Source of the DNA: Mayamaea pseudoterrestris
Taxonomy: Eukaryota
Assembly: GCA_027923505.1 (NCBI GenBank)
Contig: BROI01000016.1
Location: forward strand, 186,001-250,000
Length of the DNA: 64,000 nt
Reading direction: 5' to 3'
Shown: piece by piece, positions 1 to 9,479 of the stretch
Layout of the letters: every line of letters starts with the position of its first letter
How positions within the stretch are numbered: the first letter of the stretch is position 1
Program-made: the position numbers and the translations under genes
Notes under the pieces: model-generated
Database searches by the model: none
Told to the model about the DNA's origin: nothing
What the model saw: only the letters and a program-made list of their open reading frames with translations

Positions 1-393
1 TGCCGATGATGGATGAGCGAGAAAGTCGTGATGGAACGAACGGATGCGACGCGACTGTCGCACCAGCATTAGATTGACAGTGAAACGGTTTTGAACATGT
101 CATACCGGTTTTCGAGGAAGGAGTCGTCGGCCGCTCCCCAGATTTGCATTTTGCATTCGACCGATCAATGTATTCCATTCCGTTCGTACCTCTGCTACCA
201 ACCGCAGGGCTCTTTACACCGATGAAGCTTTATTCATTGGACAGACGTTGTTAATCGATAGAGATTTACGCTGTTGGTACGTTGATGGAGGCAATGATAC
301 AATGCTTGCTCGCTTCTCGCTTCTTCACCGTTGCTTTCGACAGTAAACTCACTCACTTTTTCACTCGATCCTACTGTACAGAACTATCAGATC

Positions 394-1488
394 ATGCACT
401 TGATACTGTCTTCAATTCTTTGTCTTATTGCGACTGCCGCAGTCTTTGTCACGAGTTTGTTTCTGCTTCCAACTCCAGTCATTGACTCGGCCAAGCAAAC
501 ACTTAGAACAACATCGGCATCCACTATAGCAACTCGAGAACAATGTAACACTGCAAAGCAATTGAATGATCAGCAACCACTCTTGGATTTGCATATTTGT
601 CGTGCTAACCTTGCCAATGCTTCCAAGAATCCATACATTTGTGACGGACCGGCCTACGACGACTTTACGACGCGCATGCTCCACTATGCTAACCGGCAAG
701 ACAGTACAACCTGGGGACGCCGACCGTTTCCTCTACCGAACAATACTTATGTATTCATGCTTGGAAACTCGCATACTCGACAAGTCTTTAACACTCTACT
801 CTGCGAGTATCAAAATGTCATCTCCAGTTCGCGCAGTTATAATGATAGTGTTGGCGCTTCCAGCAAGTCTACTTTTGGATTCACCATGAGTCACCACTTT
901 GCAAACAATGCCACACTTGTGACTGTTTCAAACTCACCGCTCGTCTACAATGAGCAGCAATGGGCCAAGACCTTTGAGAATCTACTCGACCGTTCGCTCG
1001 ATTCCATGGACGCCATCATAATGGGTCGGTTCAACCACTTTGAAACCACGAGCAAATATGGGCGCGAAATAACAGCATACTCTCAGTCACATCCGGAGCT
1101 GTTTGACGATTCCTATGCGTCACCAACCATTGAAAGCTTGGCCGCCATATACAAAGGTCCCGTCATTGCCGTTCCAATGTTTGCACCGCACGGACAAGAC
1201 GTTGCGGAGAGTGCCTTGCGCGCCATACACTACTATCAAAACGAAACACTGCCGCCGCGAACCAACATTCGACTCGTCCATGCCCGCAAACATGTGGAAA
1301 TACTAGGCGAGTGCGGCTCCGACGTGCACACCGACGAGCCTGGTATCTGTCGCAACACTGGCGATAATCACAATGGTGGTAACTTGCGAGAGCCCGAAGC
1401 CATGCACCGATGTACCGGCATGAAAGGAGGACATCCCGACTTGGTGGCGTGGGATATAGTGGAGGAGTTGTATGACTTGCTGGAGTGA
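394..1488 (+). CDS. Type II membrane protein, PC-esterase/TBL (SGNH-fold acyltransferase/esterase)-like
   Basis: First ATG at 394 gives a hydrophobic anchor (MHLILSSILCLIATAAVFVTSLFLL). VFMLGNSHTRQVFNTLLC resembles the GDS..RQ.F..L.C block, and AMHRCTGMKGGHPDLVAW resembles the C-terminal HWC..G.PD block of TBL/PC-esterases. Family call is inference. Confidence 0.5.
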   Translation: MHLILSSILCLIATAAVFVTSLFLLPTPVIDSAKQTLRTTSASTIATREQCNTAKQLNDQQPLLDLHICRANLANASKNPYICDGPAYDDFTTRMLHYANRQDSTTWGRRPFPLPNNTYVFMLGNSHTRQVFNTLLCEYQNVISSSRSYNDSVGASSKSTFGFTMSHHFANNATLVTVSNSPLVYNEQQWAKTFENLLDRSLDSMDAIIMGRFNHFETTSKYGREITAYSQSHPELFDDSYASPTIESLAAIYKGPVIAVPMFAPHGQDVAESALRAIHYYQNETLPPRTNIRLVHARKHVEILGECGSDVHTDEPGICRNTGDNHNGGNLREPEAMHRCTGMKGGHPDLVAWDIVEELYDLLE

Positions 1489-1936
1489 TTCATGAGCGCA
1501 CTGTGGATTAGTTGAATATGTCAAGAGTCGACAATGTGTGTGCAACGGCGACGAGGCAGAGTATTGAGTACACAAGGCGATACAAGCACTCACGCTAGCA
1601 AATAAAAATATTATAGATTTGCGCGCAGAAGTAGCTTGTCTTGCTCGTCCACAACATTGCGACTGCTTGGCTCGTCTACGTAATGAATGCATGGTTGTCA
1701 GAGTCATGGTCATTGACACATTGGCTATAGCCTTAGCTGTTATGCAGGACACATATGACATTTAATACTATTGCCTTTGTGACCGACCATAACAAAGTGA
1801 TCGTGCCAGAAATAATAAGGGCGAGCGTTGTTCTCCCAAATCCTGTTCGAAAGTCGAGCCTCACAATCAGTCTCGCGACTGCACGGCTACCTTGAATCGA
1901 AGGCGAAGAGACGACAATTATATACCATAGAGAGGC

Positions 1937-3280
1937 ATGCTCGCTCACATGCAAAAGGTTGCCAACAAGAGTCGCCGGCGCGACTTTTACGCCGTTGCTT
2001 CGTGGATTGTCTTTGGCATGGTGTGCGGATTGTGCACCTCGCACTTGATCATGACTGGCCTTCCGCAGTTTACGTCGTCGGACGAGCACATGGCTCCTCG
2101 CAGCATCATGGCCGTCTTGGAATATCGGCGAAATCATGATGCAAAGTATGACAACCTAAATGTCCAGCAGCAACAAGAGCCGCCAACTCATCTTCGTTCG
2201 CCGACGCAAACGAAGAAGCAGCAGCCGCCGCGGCCGAAACATCAACTTGACGATCGACTTCTGTCGTTCAACAATACGACAAACATGACTGCTGCATTGG
2301 AGGAACAATTGCTCAAGCACCCTGGCCAGCGAACCTACACGCAAGAGTGTCGAAGTAGCTTTCTATTCAACAACACTTGGGGCAAGCTAAAGGCCCAATG
2401 GGCCGACAAGGATCACGTCAAGCGACTCATTCAAGACCTCAACATTCCTCATCTCAAAATTCCAAAGACGCTTGCCTTGTTTAACAAGACTGTCATGGAG
2501 AATTTAACGGTGCATGACTTGCAGTCACAGATTGAATCGCTCAATGCCACCGATTACATTATCAAGCCCACGCATACGTCGGGAGCCGTCGCCAAAGTAC
2601 TCAATGGAAGTCACTACTCTTGCTTCAAAAAGTGCAAGGAACCGGCAGACGAAATGATTCTTCCAGACGCGCTACCGACCATGCTGGAAAATATGAAATA
2701 CAGCATGGAGCACTTCTTTTCCAATCCTCGCTACGAAGCCTTTCAAAAGGGACGACAAACGCAATATCAATACATTCCTCGTCAAATCATAATGGAGGAA
2801 CATTTGAATATGGATACGTTGCGCGAGTGGCATTGGTGGGTCATTGACGGCCATCCGCTCTGGGTGTGTCGGCGGTGCGGCTTGAACGGAACCTACTACT
2901 CGAGTCGCTTCCAGCCGCTGCAAATGTCGCTTGGACACTATCCAGCCTGCGGCGATCCTCCGGCGCAGCCGAAAACGTGGAACAAAATGATGGAAATTGT
3001 CTCGCGTCTCAGCAAGCATGTGACGGGCATCATGCGGCTAGACTTGTACGCTGACGATGAAAGTGTTTACTTTTCGGAAATTACCTTTACAACTTCGAGC
3101 TGCGACCAGGAACTGAATCCGACGCGAGCGGATGCCTTGGTGTATGCCGTGGCGCATGGAACAGTCTCCCACGAGCTAGCGACAGCCGCGTTTGTGGAGC
3201 GCGTCGTCAACGATGGCGTCGTTGAGTTGCCGCAGCTCGCCACGGCTGGCAAAGAGGACCAGGTCGCCAAGACGGAGTGA
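1937..3280 (+). CDS. TupA-like ATP-grasp protein with N-terminal membrane anchor
   Basis: 447-aa intronless ORF. Motifs DKDHVKRLI, YIIKPTHTSG, YQYIPRQIIMEEHL and MRLDLY...VYFSEITFT match the TupA-like ATP-grasp family. TM segment near aa 17-38. Confidence 0.75.
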   Translation: MLAHMQKVANKSRRRDFYAVASWIVFGMVCGLCTSHLIMTGLPQFTSSDEHMAPRSIMAVLEYRRNHDAKYDNLNVQQQQEPPTHLRSPTQTKKQQPPRPKHQLDDRLLSFNNTTNMTAALEEQLLKHPGQRTYTQECRSSFLFNNTWGKLKAQWADKDHVKRLIQDLNIPHLKIPKTLALFNKTVMENLTVHDLQSQIESLNATDYIIKPTHTSGAVAKVLNGSHYSCFKKCKEPADEMILPDALPTMLENMKYSMEHFFSNPRYEAFQKGRQTQYQYIPRQIIMEEHLNMDTLREWHWWVIDGHPLWVCRRCGLNGTYYSSRFQPLQMSLGHYPACGDPPAQPKTWNKMMEIVSRLSKHVTGIMRLDLYADDESVYFSEITFTTSSCDQELNPTRADALVYAVAHGTVSHELATAAFVERVVNDGVVELPQLATAGKEDQVAKTE

Positions 3281-3490
3281 ACGAACCGCTATAAATGATC
3301 GGCATCTACTGTATGCTTTCAATCGTATGTTATCATCAATGCAATATTATAAATGATTCAATCTTTCCTTTCCATATATAAGCATACACGCATGCTTGCT
3401 TGATTTGCTTCCATTCGCCATTCCGAAAGTGTCGCTTTGCTTCTTCTTCATGTATTTGCATGTAATCATTGTATATTTCGAGCATGGACC

Positions 3491-4591
3491 CTACGCCATA
3501 CCCGCATTCGTGACGCTGAATGTGACTGATCGCTTGGTCTTACTCGTCTGAGCAAGTGCTTGCTGGAGCGACGAAAGCTTTGGCCTGGGAGCAGTATCCG
3601 CGGGAATAGCAGCAGTAGTCTTATTGCTGTCCATTGTTCGCGCCAAAGCTCGCTGCAAGGACGATGGCGGAGAGTTTGTTGTTGCGATGGCAGTAGCAGA
3701 ATGAACCGTCGTTGTCGTTAAAATGACTTCCTCCTGCAATGCAATCGTCACATCAAAGAGTCTCGACGCTTGCTGGAGGCGACTCGTGGCGGAGACTGGC
3801 GTTGCCATCGCCGCAGCAACAACGGGCTCCAACACCAATAGTTCCTGCGTTTCCTCGTCATCCCGAGCATCCAGCGTTTCGTCGTCTTTTTGGCTTGCCG
3901 CATCGTCAAAGTCAGAATCGGTGAGGTCGGACGCAACATCCGATTCGGAATCGGTTGAGCAGGTGGATGACCTGGCTGCTTGAAAATATTTGTAGAGATA
4001 GCAACCGTCGCTTTCCTTGTCGTTAACGTCCTGCTGACTCGTCATGACAATGGCTGGATCATGCTTGATGCTTTCCAGATGCTGATCATGCTCATCCGCC
4101 ATGACTTGTTCTTTAGCTTTTGCTTGATGCGACGCTTCAATTTCCGAAGCGATTCGTTCCGCCATTGCGATTTGCTCCTCGGTAAAGTTTGATGTTTCCA
4201 GTGGAACTGTAAATTCATTCTCGTCAAAGGGCGTCGAGACAATGTGAAACAAAGCTGCATTCGCTTCAAATTGCTGCCAGTCGCCAATGGTTTTGGGCAA
4301 GCGAGCCTTGTCGGCAGCCGAAGCGCCATTCGAAAATGATTCCGTCGTCGAGTCTTTCAAAGTCTTGACTGCCATGCTTGTTCCCATCACGTAATTTGGA
4401 TGATCCGAGAAAAGGTCAAAGAGAACGACATTGTCGTTCGTCTCGATGCTGCACTCGGACGTTTCAAATACGATTGCTGCTGACGGCGTCGTCCAATCCA
4501 TGGGAGTCAAGTCTTGGAGCTTCAAGACGGGCATTTTGAGTGGCTTGGTAATAAACTGACGCGTTTTGAGGCCCGGGATGATGGATGTCAT
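3491..4591 (-). CDS. LsmAD-domain protein (ataxin-2/Pbp1-associated domain)
   Basis: WQQFEANAALFHIVSTPFDENEFTVPL...EEQIAMAERIASEIE matches the LsmAD pattern WDQF..N...F...S..DE..YT..L...A.RIA.EIE. The remainder is low complexity. Confidence 0.65.
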   Translation of the reverse strand: MTSIIPGLKTRQFITKPLKMPVLKLQDLTPMDWTTPSAAIVFETSECSIETNDNVVLFDLFSDHPNYVMGTSMAVKTLKDSTTESFSNGASAADKARLPKTIGDWQQFEANAALFHIVSTPFDENEFTVPLETSNFTEEQIAMAERIASEIEASHQAKAKEQVMADEHDQHLESIKHDPAIVMTSQQDVNDKESDGCYLYKYFQAARSSTCSTDSESDVASDLTDSDFDDAASQKDDETLDARDDEETQELLVLEPVVAAAMATPVSATSRLQQASRLFDVTIALQEEVILTTTTVHSATAIATTNSPPSSLQRALARTMDSNKTTAAIPADTAPRPKLSSLQQALAQTSKTKRSVTFSVTNAGMA

Positions 4592-5010
4592 GGCAAATGA
4601 TTCGTTCGATCAAGATTAACGACGAGTAGTCTGCAGTCTAAAGGACGGACGCCTCTGGTGTCGTGATCGACTGATGCTTGCCAAGAAAGTGAACGCTTCC
4701 TCATCATGGTCAAACAACGATTCGTATCACGACTGTGATCCTCGAAACGTTACGTGCTGATGGTCAAGGAAGGGTCAGGAAGCACCTCTTGCGGCCATGG
4801 CAGAGATGAAAAAACGGACGAGCGCAACCTGACATTGTGTCACGGTGCGACTTGCTGAAAACCATATCTCGTTCCTTGATTTTACTGTGGCTTTTGTTAA
4901 TGCATTGTTTTTGCTTGTCCTGCAGCATTACCAAGCCACTGATGCAGGCCTTGTCACCAATGACATCATTCTCCTAGTTGGCACGCCAATATGTTGACAA
5001 AGTCAAAGAC

Positions 5011-6332
5011 GCGATGTTAGCGGACGGTGTTTCGTCGTTTTGCGCGTTTCATCGTTTCATCGTTTGAAACAACGCGCGCTGCGGAGTTAGCGGTCGTTTC
5101 GTTGTTTGATTGTTCAAACCAAAACGTCATTACACGTCATCAACAATTAAGCCTATCAATTTTTGGGACTGAAAACCCACGATCAAAACGACATGGAATG
5201 ATCCCGCACAAACCAGTGCATGTTTTCCTTTTTTATAGAGCTATTATCGTTCTTTTCGCCAGGTGGCTTCTCTATAGTGTTCGGTATTGCATAGTAAAAG
5301 AGCCATGCTTTCATTCTTTCTTGTTCCCGTGGCGCGCGCCATACAAGTGATGACAGATGAATGCGATTCCTTTCGCTTGTGTTGTGGTACTTGCTATCAA
5401 GACATTGTTTAATATTAGCAGGTGTAAATACGTTATGTTTTATAGTAACTATTATCTACAGAAGAAGCTTGTTGCATTACTCATAGACTCATTAAAAGGG
5501 AGCCATAAGCTCAACGTCGGCAAAGCGATTGCTTGCCGCTAAAACTTGAGATCCTTTCACCTTTTGACCAGCGTTGTCGGGACAAAACCATCAATGCTTT
5601 CAATAAAGCGCTTGACCAAACATACAATGCAAATCAAATGAGAGTCTTGCCTCCAATACAGAGTTCAATGCGACGGAATGCATGAATGATGGATGACGAA
5701 TCATTGAAAGGCATGCGTATTGAAGCGGCTCACACTGAATCTGACCAGTCTTGCTTGTTCTCGTCAGCGGAAAGAAGGACAACTAGCTGGTAGGAACCTT
5801 TGACTTGCTTCTGCCCTGCTTGGAAGGAGGAAATCTGATGGAATGTGAGCATATAGACCGAGCCGACTGCCGATCAGACCGTTCCGTGCAGGCCTCACTG
5901 GAACAACGCAAAATGCACGCAATTGCGCTACCCTTGCACACATTTTGGTCAATTATGAAGCCCTTGGAGGCCGATGAAGCAGTTGCATGTGCATTGGAAG
6001 GTACCGTGCTACTTGTCGTCGACGCGCTCGACAGTGCGTGGTGCATCGCGGTGTTTGGTGTCAAGGTGGATCTTTTGCCTTTCAAGGCTTTATAGAGCAC
6101 CCAAACGCGCAATAAGCTCCAATATATCTTCTGTATTGATACAAGTTGTTTCTGTTACATTTGGGCTGCGGGATCAACCTCCATTGTGGTGTAAATGATG
6201 ATCAAACGACGGCGCAATGAAGCAACGATGCAATGGGCGTCTCGTTGCTTGGAGCATCAAGTTTCCGGGTTCTTTGGTGTTTCATGGTGCGACGAAACGA
6301 CGAAACGACGAAACACCGTCCGCTAACATCGC
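5011..6332. mobile_element. Non-autonomous TIR DNA transposon-like element (~1.3 kb)
   Basis: GCGATGTTAGCGGACGGTGTTTCGTCGTTT (5011-5040) is the exact reverse complement of 6303-6332. Clustered subterminal CGTTTC/GAAACG repeats at both ends. No intact transposase ORF. Confidence 0.75.
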
Positions 6333-6350
6333 CCCAAAGGCAGAGATCAA

Positions 6351-6806
6351 GGCATCTGGGGCTGACACTGGTGGCAAGTTGTCACCAATCACAGTCCAGT
6401 GTACTGAGACACTAGCAAGCTTACCATCTTGTAGCGCATCCTGAAAAAAGGATGTTGGCACCATTCTGGTGTGATCTGGATGTATATATGGCATGTTATA
6501 CAGACAATTGAATGTCATGGCGCCTGCGGACTGATTGAGACTGGTGACAAGTTCTCACCAATATCATTGCCATCCCCTGAGACACCAGCCAAGTTTACCA
6601 TCTTGTAGCGCAGCCGGAATAATGATGGTGGCACCATTCTGGTGTATTTTGGGCACCTACAGGGCTTGCTGTAGGGGCGTTTGAATGTCATGGCATCTGC
6701 GGGCTGAGACTGGTGACAAGTTGTCACCAAATCCATTGCCATCCCCTGAGACACCAGCCAAGTTTACCATCATGTAGCCAGCCAAGAACAATATTATGTT
6801 GGAACC
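6351..6806 (-). repeat. ~2.7 divergent inverted copies of the 169-bp satellite
   Basis: CTGAGACTGGTGACAAGTTGTCACCAAAT...CCATCCCCTGAGACACCAGCCAAG is the reverse complement of the monomer in the 12.5-20.1 kb array. Confidence 0.9.
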
Positions 6807-7358
6807 CATGCAAGACAGGTGCCGTGGAGGCCCCTCTGTGGGTCACTTTCAATGGCATGACAGTCTGGCGCATGACAGCGGGGGTTGTCACTTGAGGAAA
6901 AGATTGAAATGCAAACCAGGGCTGCCTCATCGACCGTTTCATGAATTCAACAATATGGCTGGACTCCGCACACAATGGCGCATCTAACCATGCAAGACAG
7001 GTGCCGTGGAGGCCCTCTGTGGGTCACTTTCAATGGCATGACAGTCTGGCGCATGACAGCGGGGGTTGTCACTGGAGGAAAAGATTGAAATGCAAACCAG
7101 GGATGCCTGATTGACCGTTTCATGAATTCATCAATATGGCTGGACTCAGCACACAATGGCGCATCTAACCATGCAAGACAGGTGCCGTGGAGGCCCTCTG
7201 TGGGTCACTTTCAATGGCATGACAGTCTGGCGCAAGACAGCGGGGGTTGTCACTGGAGGAAAAGATTGAAATGCAAACCAGGGCTGCCTGATTGACCGTT
7301 TCATGAATTCAACAATTTGGCTGGACTCAGCACACAATGGTGCATCTAACCATGCAAG
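6807..7358. repeat. Tandem repeat, 181-182-bp unit, three copies plus the start of a fourth
   Basis: CATGCAAGACAGGTGCCGTGGAGGCCC starts at 6807, 6989 and 7170. The fourth unit (7351) is cut after CATGCAAG by the LTR. Confidence 0.92.
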
Positions 7359-7671
7359 TTGCAGGATGCGAACGAAAACAGCGAAAATCGGGCAAGTCAC
7401 ACCGAATGTCCGATAGGGTGACACAGCGGCACTCGCGGCTCACCACAGCCTCACGATCGCGTGATGCGTGGCAGCGACGGCTTCGAAGCGATTCAACAAG
7501 TATATTGCTGAAACTAGTGCGATATAGAGTAGAAACAAGCAGACTTACTAAGCTTGAAGAGTTAAGAAAGCGATTTATTCGTCTCTCGTATTGTAGCAAC
7601 TGCAAGCTTGGATTGGCCATCCAAGGACAGCTACAAGCGAAAGGTGCAACGATTTGATTTACAAGTTACAA
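7359..7671 (+). repeat. 5' LTR (extent shared with the 3' LTR)
   Basis: TTGCAGGATGCGAACG...GATTTACAAGTTACAA, near-identical to 12182-12495. Confidence 0.88.
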
Positions 7672-7820
7672 GATTAACACTGTCTTGAGACTCATTGCCT
7701 CGGCATAGAGACTTTATCGACGAAGAGTACTATTGATTTACGAAGTAACGTGGACGCACGTTGGTTCTTGGCCCGGAAAGTTCCGCAGGTGATAGCAAGA
7801 ACATTGTCACGACGACAACG

Positions 7821-9452
7821 ATGGCGGAAACTCGCGCGCAGAAAGACGCGGCGTTTGCGCATGTTTACGAAGAGAACGTAGGCGTTTTCCAAGATCCTCA
7901 GTTCAAGGAGTTATTCGACGAACTCGGAGTAGAATCGCTTACGCAACTGATCGAGATGGAGTACGACGATTTCGCGACGAAGTGGAACGTCACGACGACG
8001 ACAACGACGACGACTGACGATGGCGACAATGTCACGCAGGAAACGAGCGAACACTCGCTAACGAAGATGAAACAACGCACGATCACGAACGCGATCGAAT
8101 GGTATTTGGCGCAAGAGTCGCCGGACATCAAGACATGGTCGCAACTGACCACCGAAACGCTGGCGACGTTCGTCACAGCACGAGCGAAGGAACGAGTCCA
8201 AGCGCGCAACATTGCGAGCGTGGGCAGCGGAAGCGGAGCGAAACCTCCAGCGAAGGAAAGCGAAACGGAATCCAAGAAGGACGAATCCAAGGACTCCACG
8301 CTAACGAACGAAGGCAACGAGTCGAAGCCTGACTCGGCCGACAAGGTGCCACCGACGAGTGTGGACGTGGACACGAAGCAGTCACCGACATCCGTACTGG
8401 ACCTCGGCGACGACGAAGACGACGAGAAGTATTCAGACCAATTTACGAAGTCTATCAAGTTCTCGGCGAGGGATTGTAAAGAAATGAAGCTGGATTCCTC
8501 GTGGAAACAGTGGATTTCCGAGTTGAAAGTCATCGCTACATTGCATGACTTCCACGAAGTCTTTGACGACGATTATGACCCGAAGGAAAAGGGACCGAAA
8601 GAACAGAAGGCGTATGCAAAGAAGAATGTGTTTGTATACAGGATCTTTCTCACGCACTGTCGAACTCCGTCTGCATCACTCGCAGTACAGCAGTTCAAGA
8701 AGACGATGGACGGACGCGAAGTCTACCAACGATTGCGAACGCGATACGAAGAAGGCGCTACTGCTCACATCGAGAAGGAACGCGCGCGAACGGAACTGCA
8801 GGGAATGCGGCTGACCGAGAAGTGGTCACGGCCGACGATCGAATTTCTCGCACTGTTCTACAAGAAAGTCATCTGGCTGCTCGAAATGGACGCAGAAGCT
8901 CTGACAGGTTTACAACGATACGACATGCTACGCGACGCTTTCTCCGAGCACACAGGATTCAGCGCATCACTCGCAGGTTTTGACGGAATGATTGCCATCA
9001 AGAAACACATGGGGCAACACGACTCGGAAGACAATTTCGCGCAGTTGTACGCGCACTTAGAAGAGTGCTGCATCAAGTATGACAAGAAACACCCATCGAC
9101 GACGAAGACTAAGCGCACAATCAATCAAGCGCAGTCTAGTGGAACGAAAGGAGGCGGCGGCGGCAATGGCGGCGCGACTCCAAGCGGCTTATCGGCGGAA
9201 CGATTTGCAGCGATCATGAAGAAACCTCACGCGAGCGTGAAGGATGAAGTCTGGTTGGAGATGAAGTTTGATCAGCGAAAGCAGTTGAAGGACAAGCGTG
9301 CGACGGCGCCCAAGACACCCGAAAACGGATGGCGACCGCGCAACCAACGAGGCACGGCTACGACGCAGACGCGAAGTCAACGCGGCGCATCAAGAGCGTC
9401 ACGCGACGGAATCTGTAGCGAACGATCACGCAAGCGTTCCTGGCACGATTAA
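7821..9452 (+). CDS. gag: Retrotransposon Gag
   Basis: Long ORF after the 5' LTR. FTKSIK..., ATLHDFHEVFDDDYDP, KNVFVYRIF and DGREVYQRLRTRY resemble diatom copia Gag. The 3' end runs into degraded sequence. Confidence 0.8.
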   Translation: MAETRAQKDAAFAHVYEENVGVFQDPQFKELFDELGVESLTQLIEMEYDDFATKWNVTTTTTTTTDDGDNVTQETSEHSLTKMKQRTITNAIEWYLAQESPDIKTWSQLTTETLATFVTARAKERVQARNIASVGSGSGAKPPAKESETESKKDESKDSTLTNEGNESKPDSADKVPPTSVDVDTKQSPTSVLDLGDDEDDEKYSDQFTKSIKFSARDCKEMKLDSSWKQWISELKVIATLHDFHEVFDDDYDPKEKGPKEQKAYAKKNVFVYRIFLTHCRTPSASLAVQQFKKTMDGREVYQRLRTRYEEGATAHIEKERARTELQGMRLTEKWSRPTIEFLALFYKKVIWLLEMDAEALTGLQRYDMLRDAFSEHTGFSASLAGFDGMIAIKKHMGQHDSEDNFAQLYAHLEECCIKYDKKHPSTTKTKRTINQAQSSGTKGGGGGNGGATPSGLSAERFAAIMKKPHASVKDEVWLEMKFDQRKQLKDKRATAPKTPENGWRPRNQRGTATTQTRSQRGASRASRDGICSERSRKRSWHD

Positions 9453-9479
9453 TATTAAATTGTAATCAAGATTTTGAAC

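Noticed and set aside
5600..6112. Transposase gene inside the TIR element
   Set aside because: Only short broken ORFs with no recognisable BED, DDE or dimerisation motif.
7762..7780. Primer-binding site TGGTTCTTGGCCCGG
   Set aside because: It lies ~90 bp past the shared LTR end and cannot be matched to a tRNA by eye. It remains possible if the 3' LTR is truncated.
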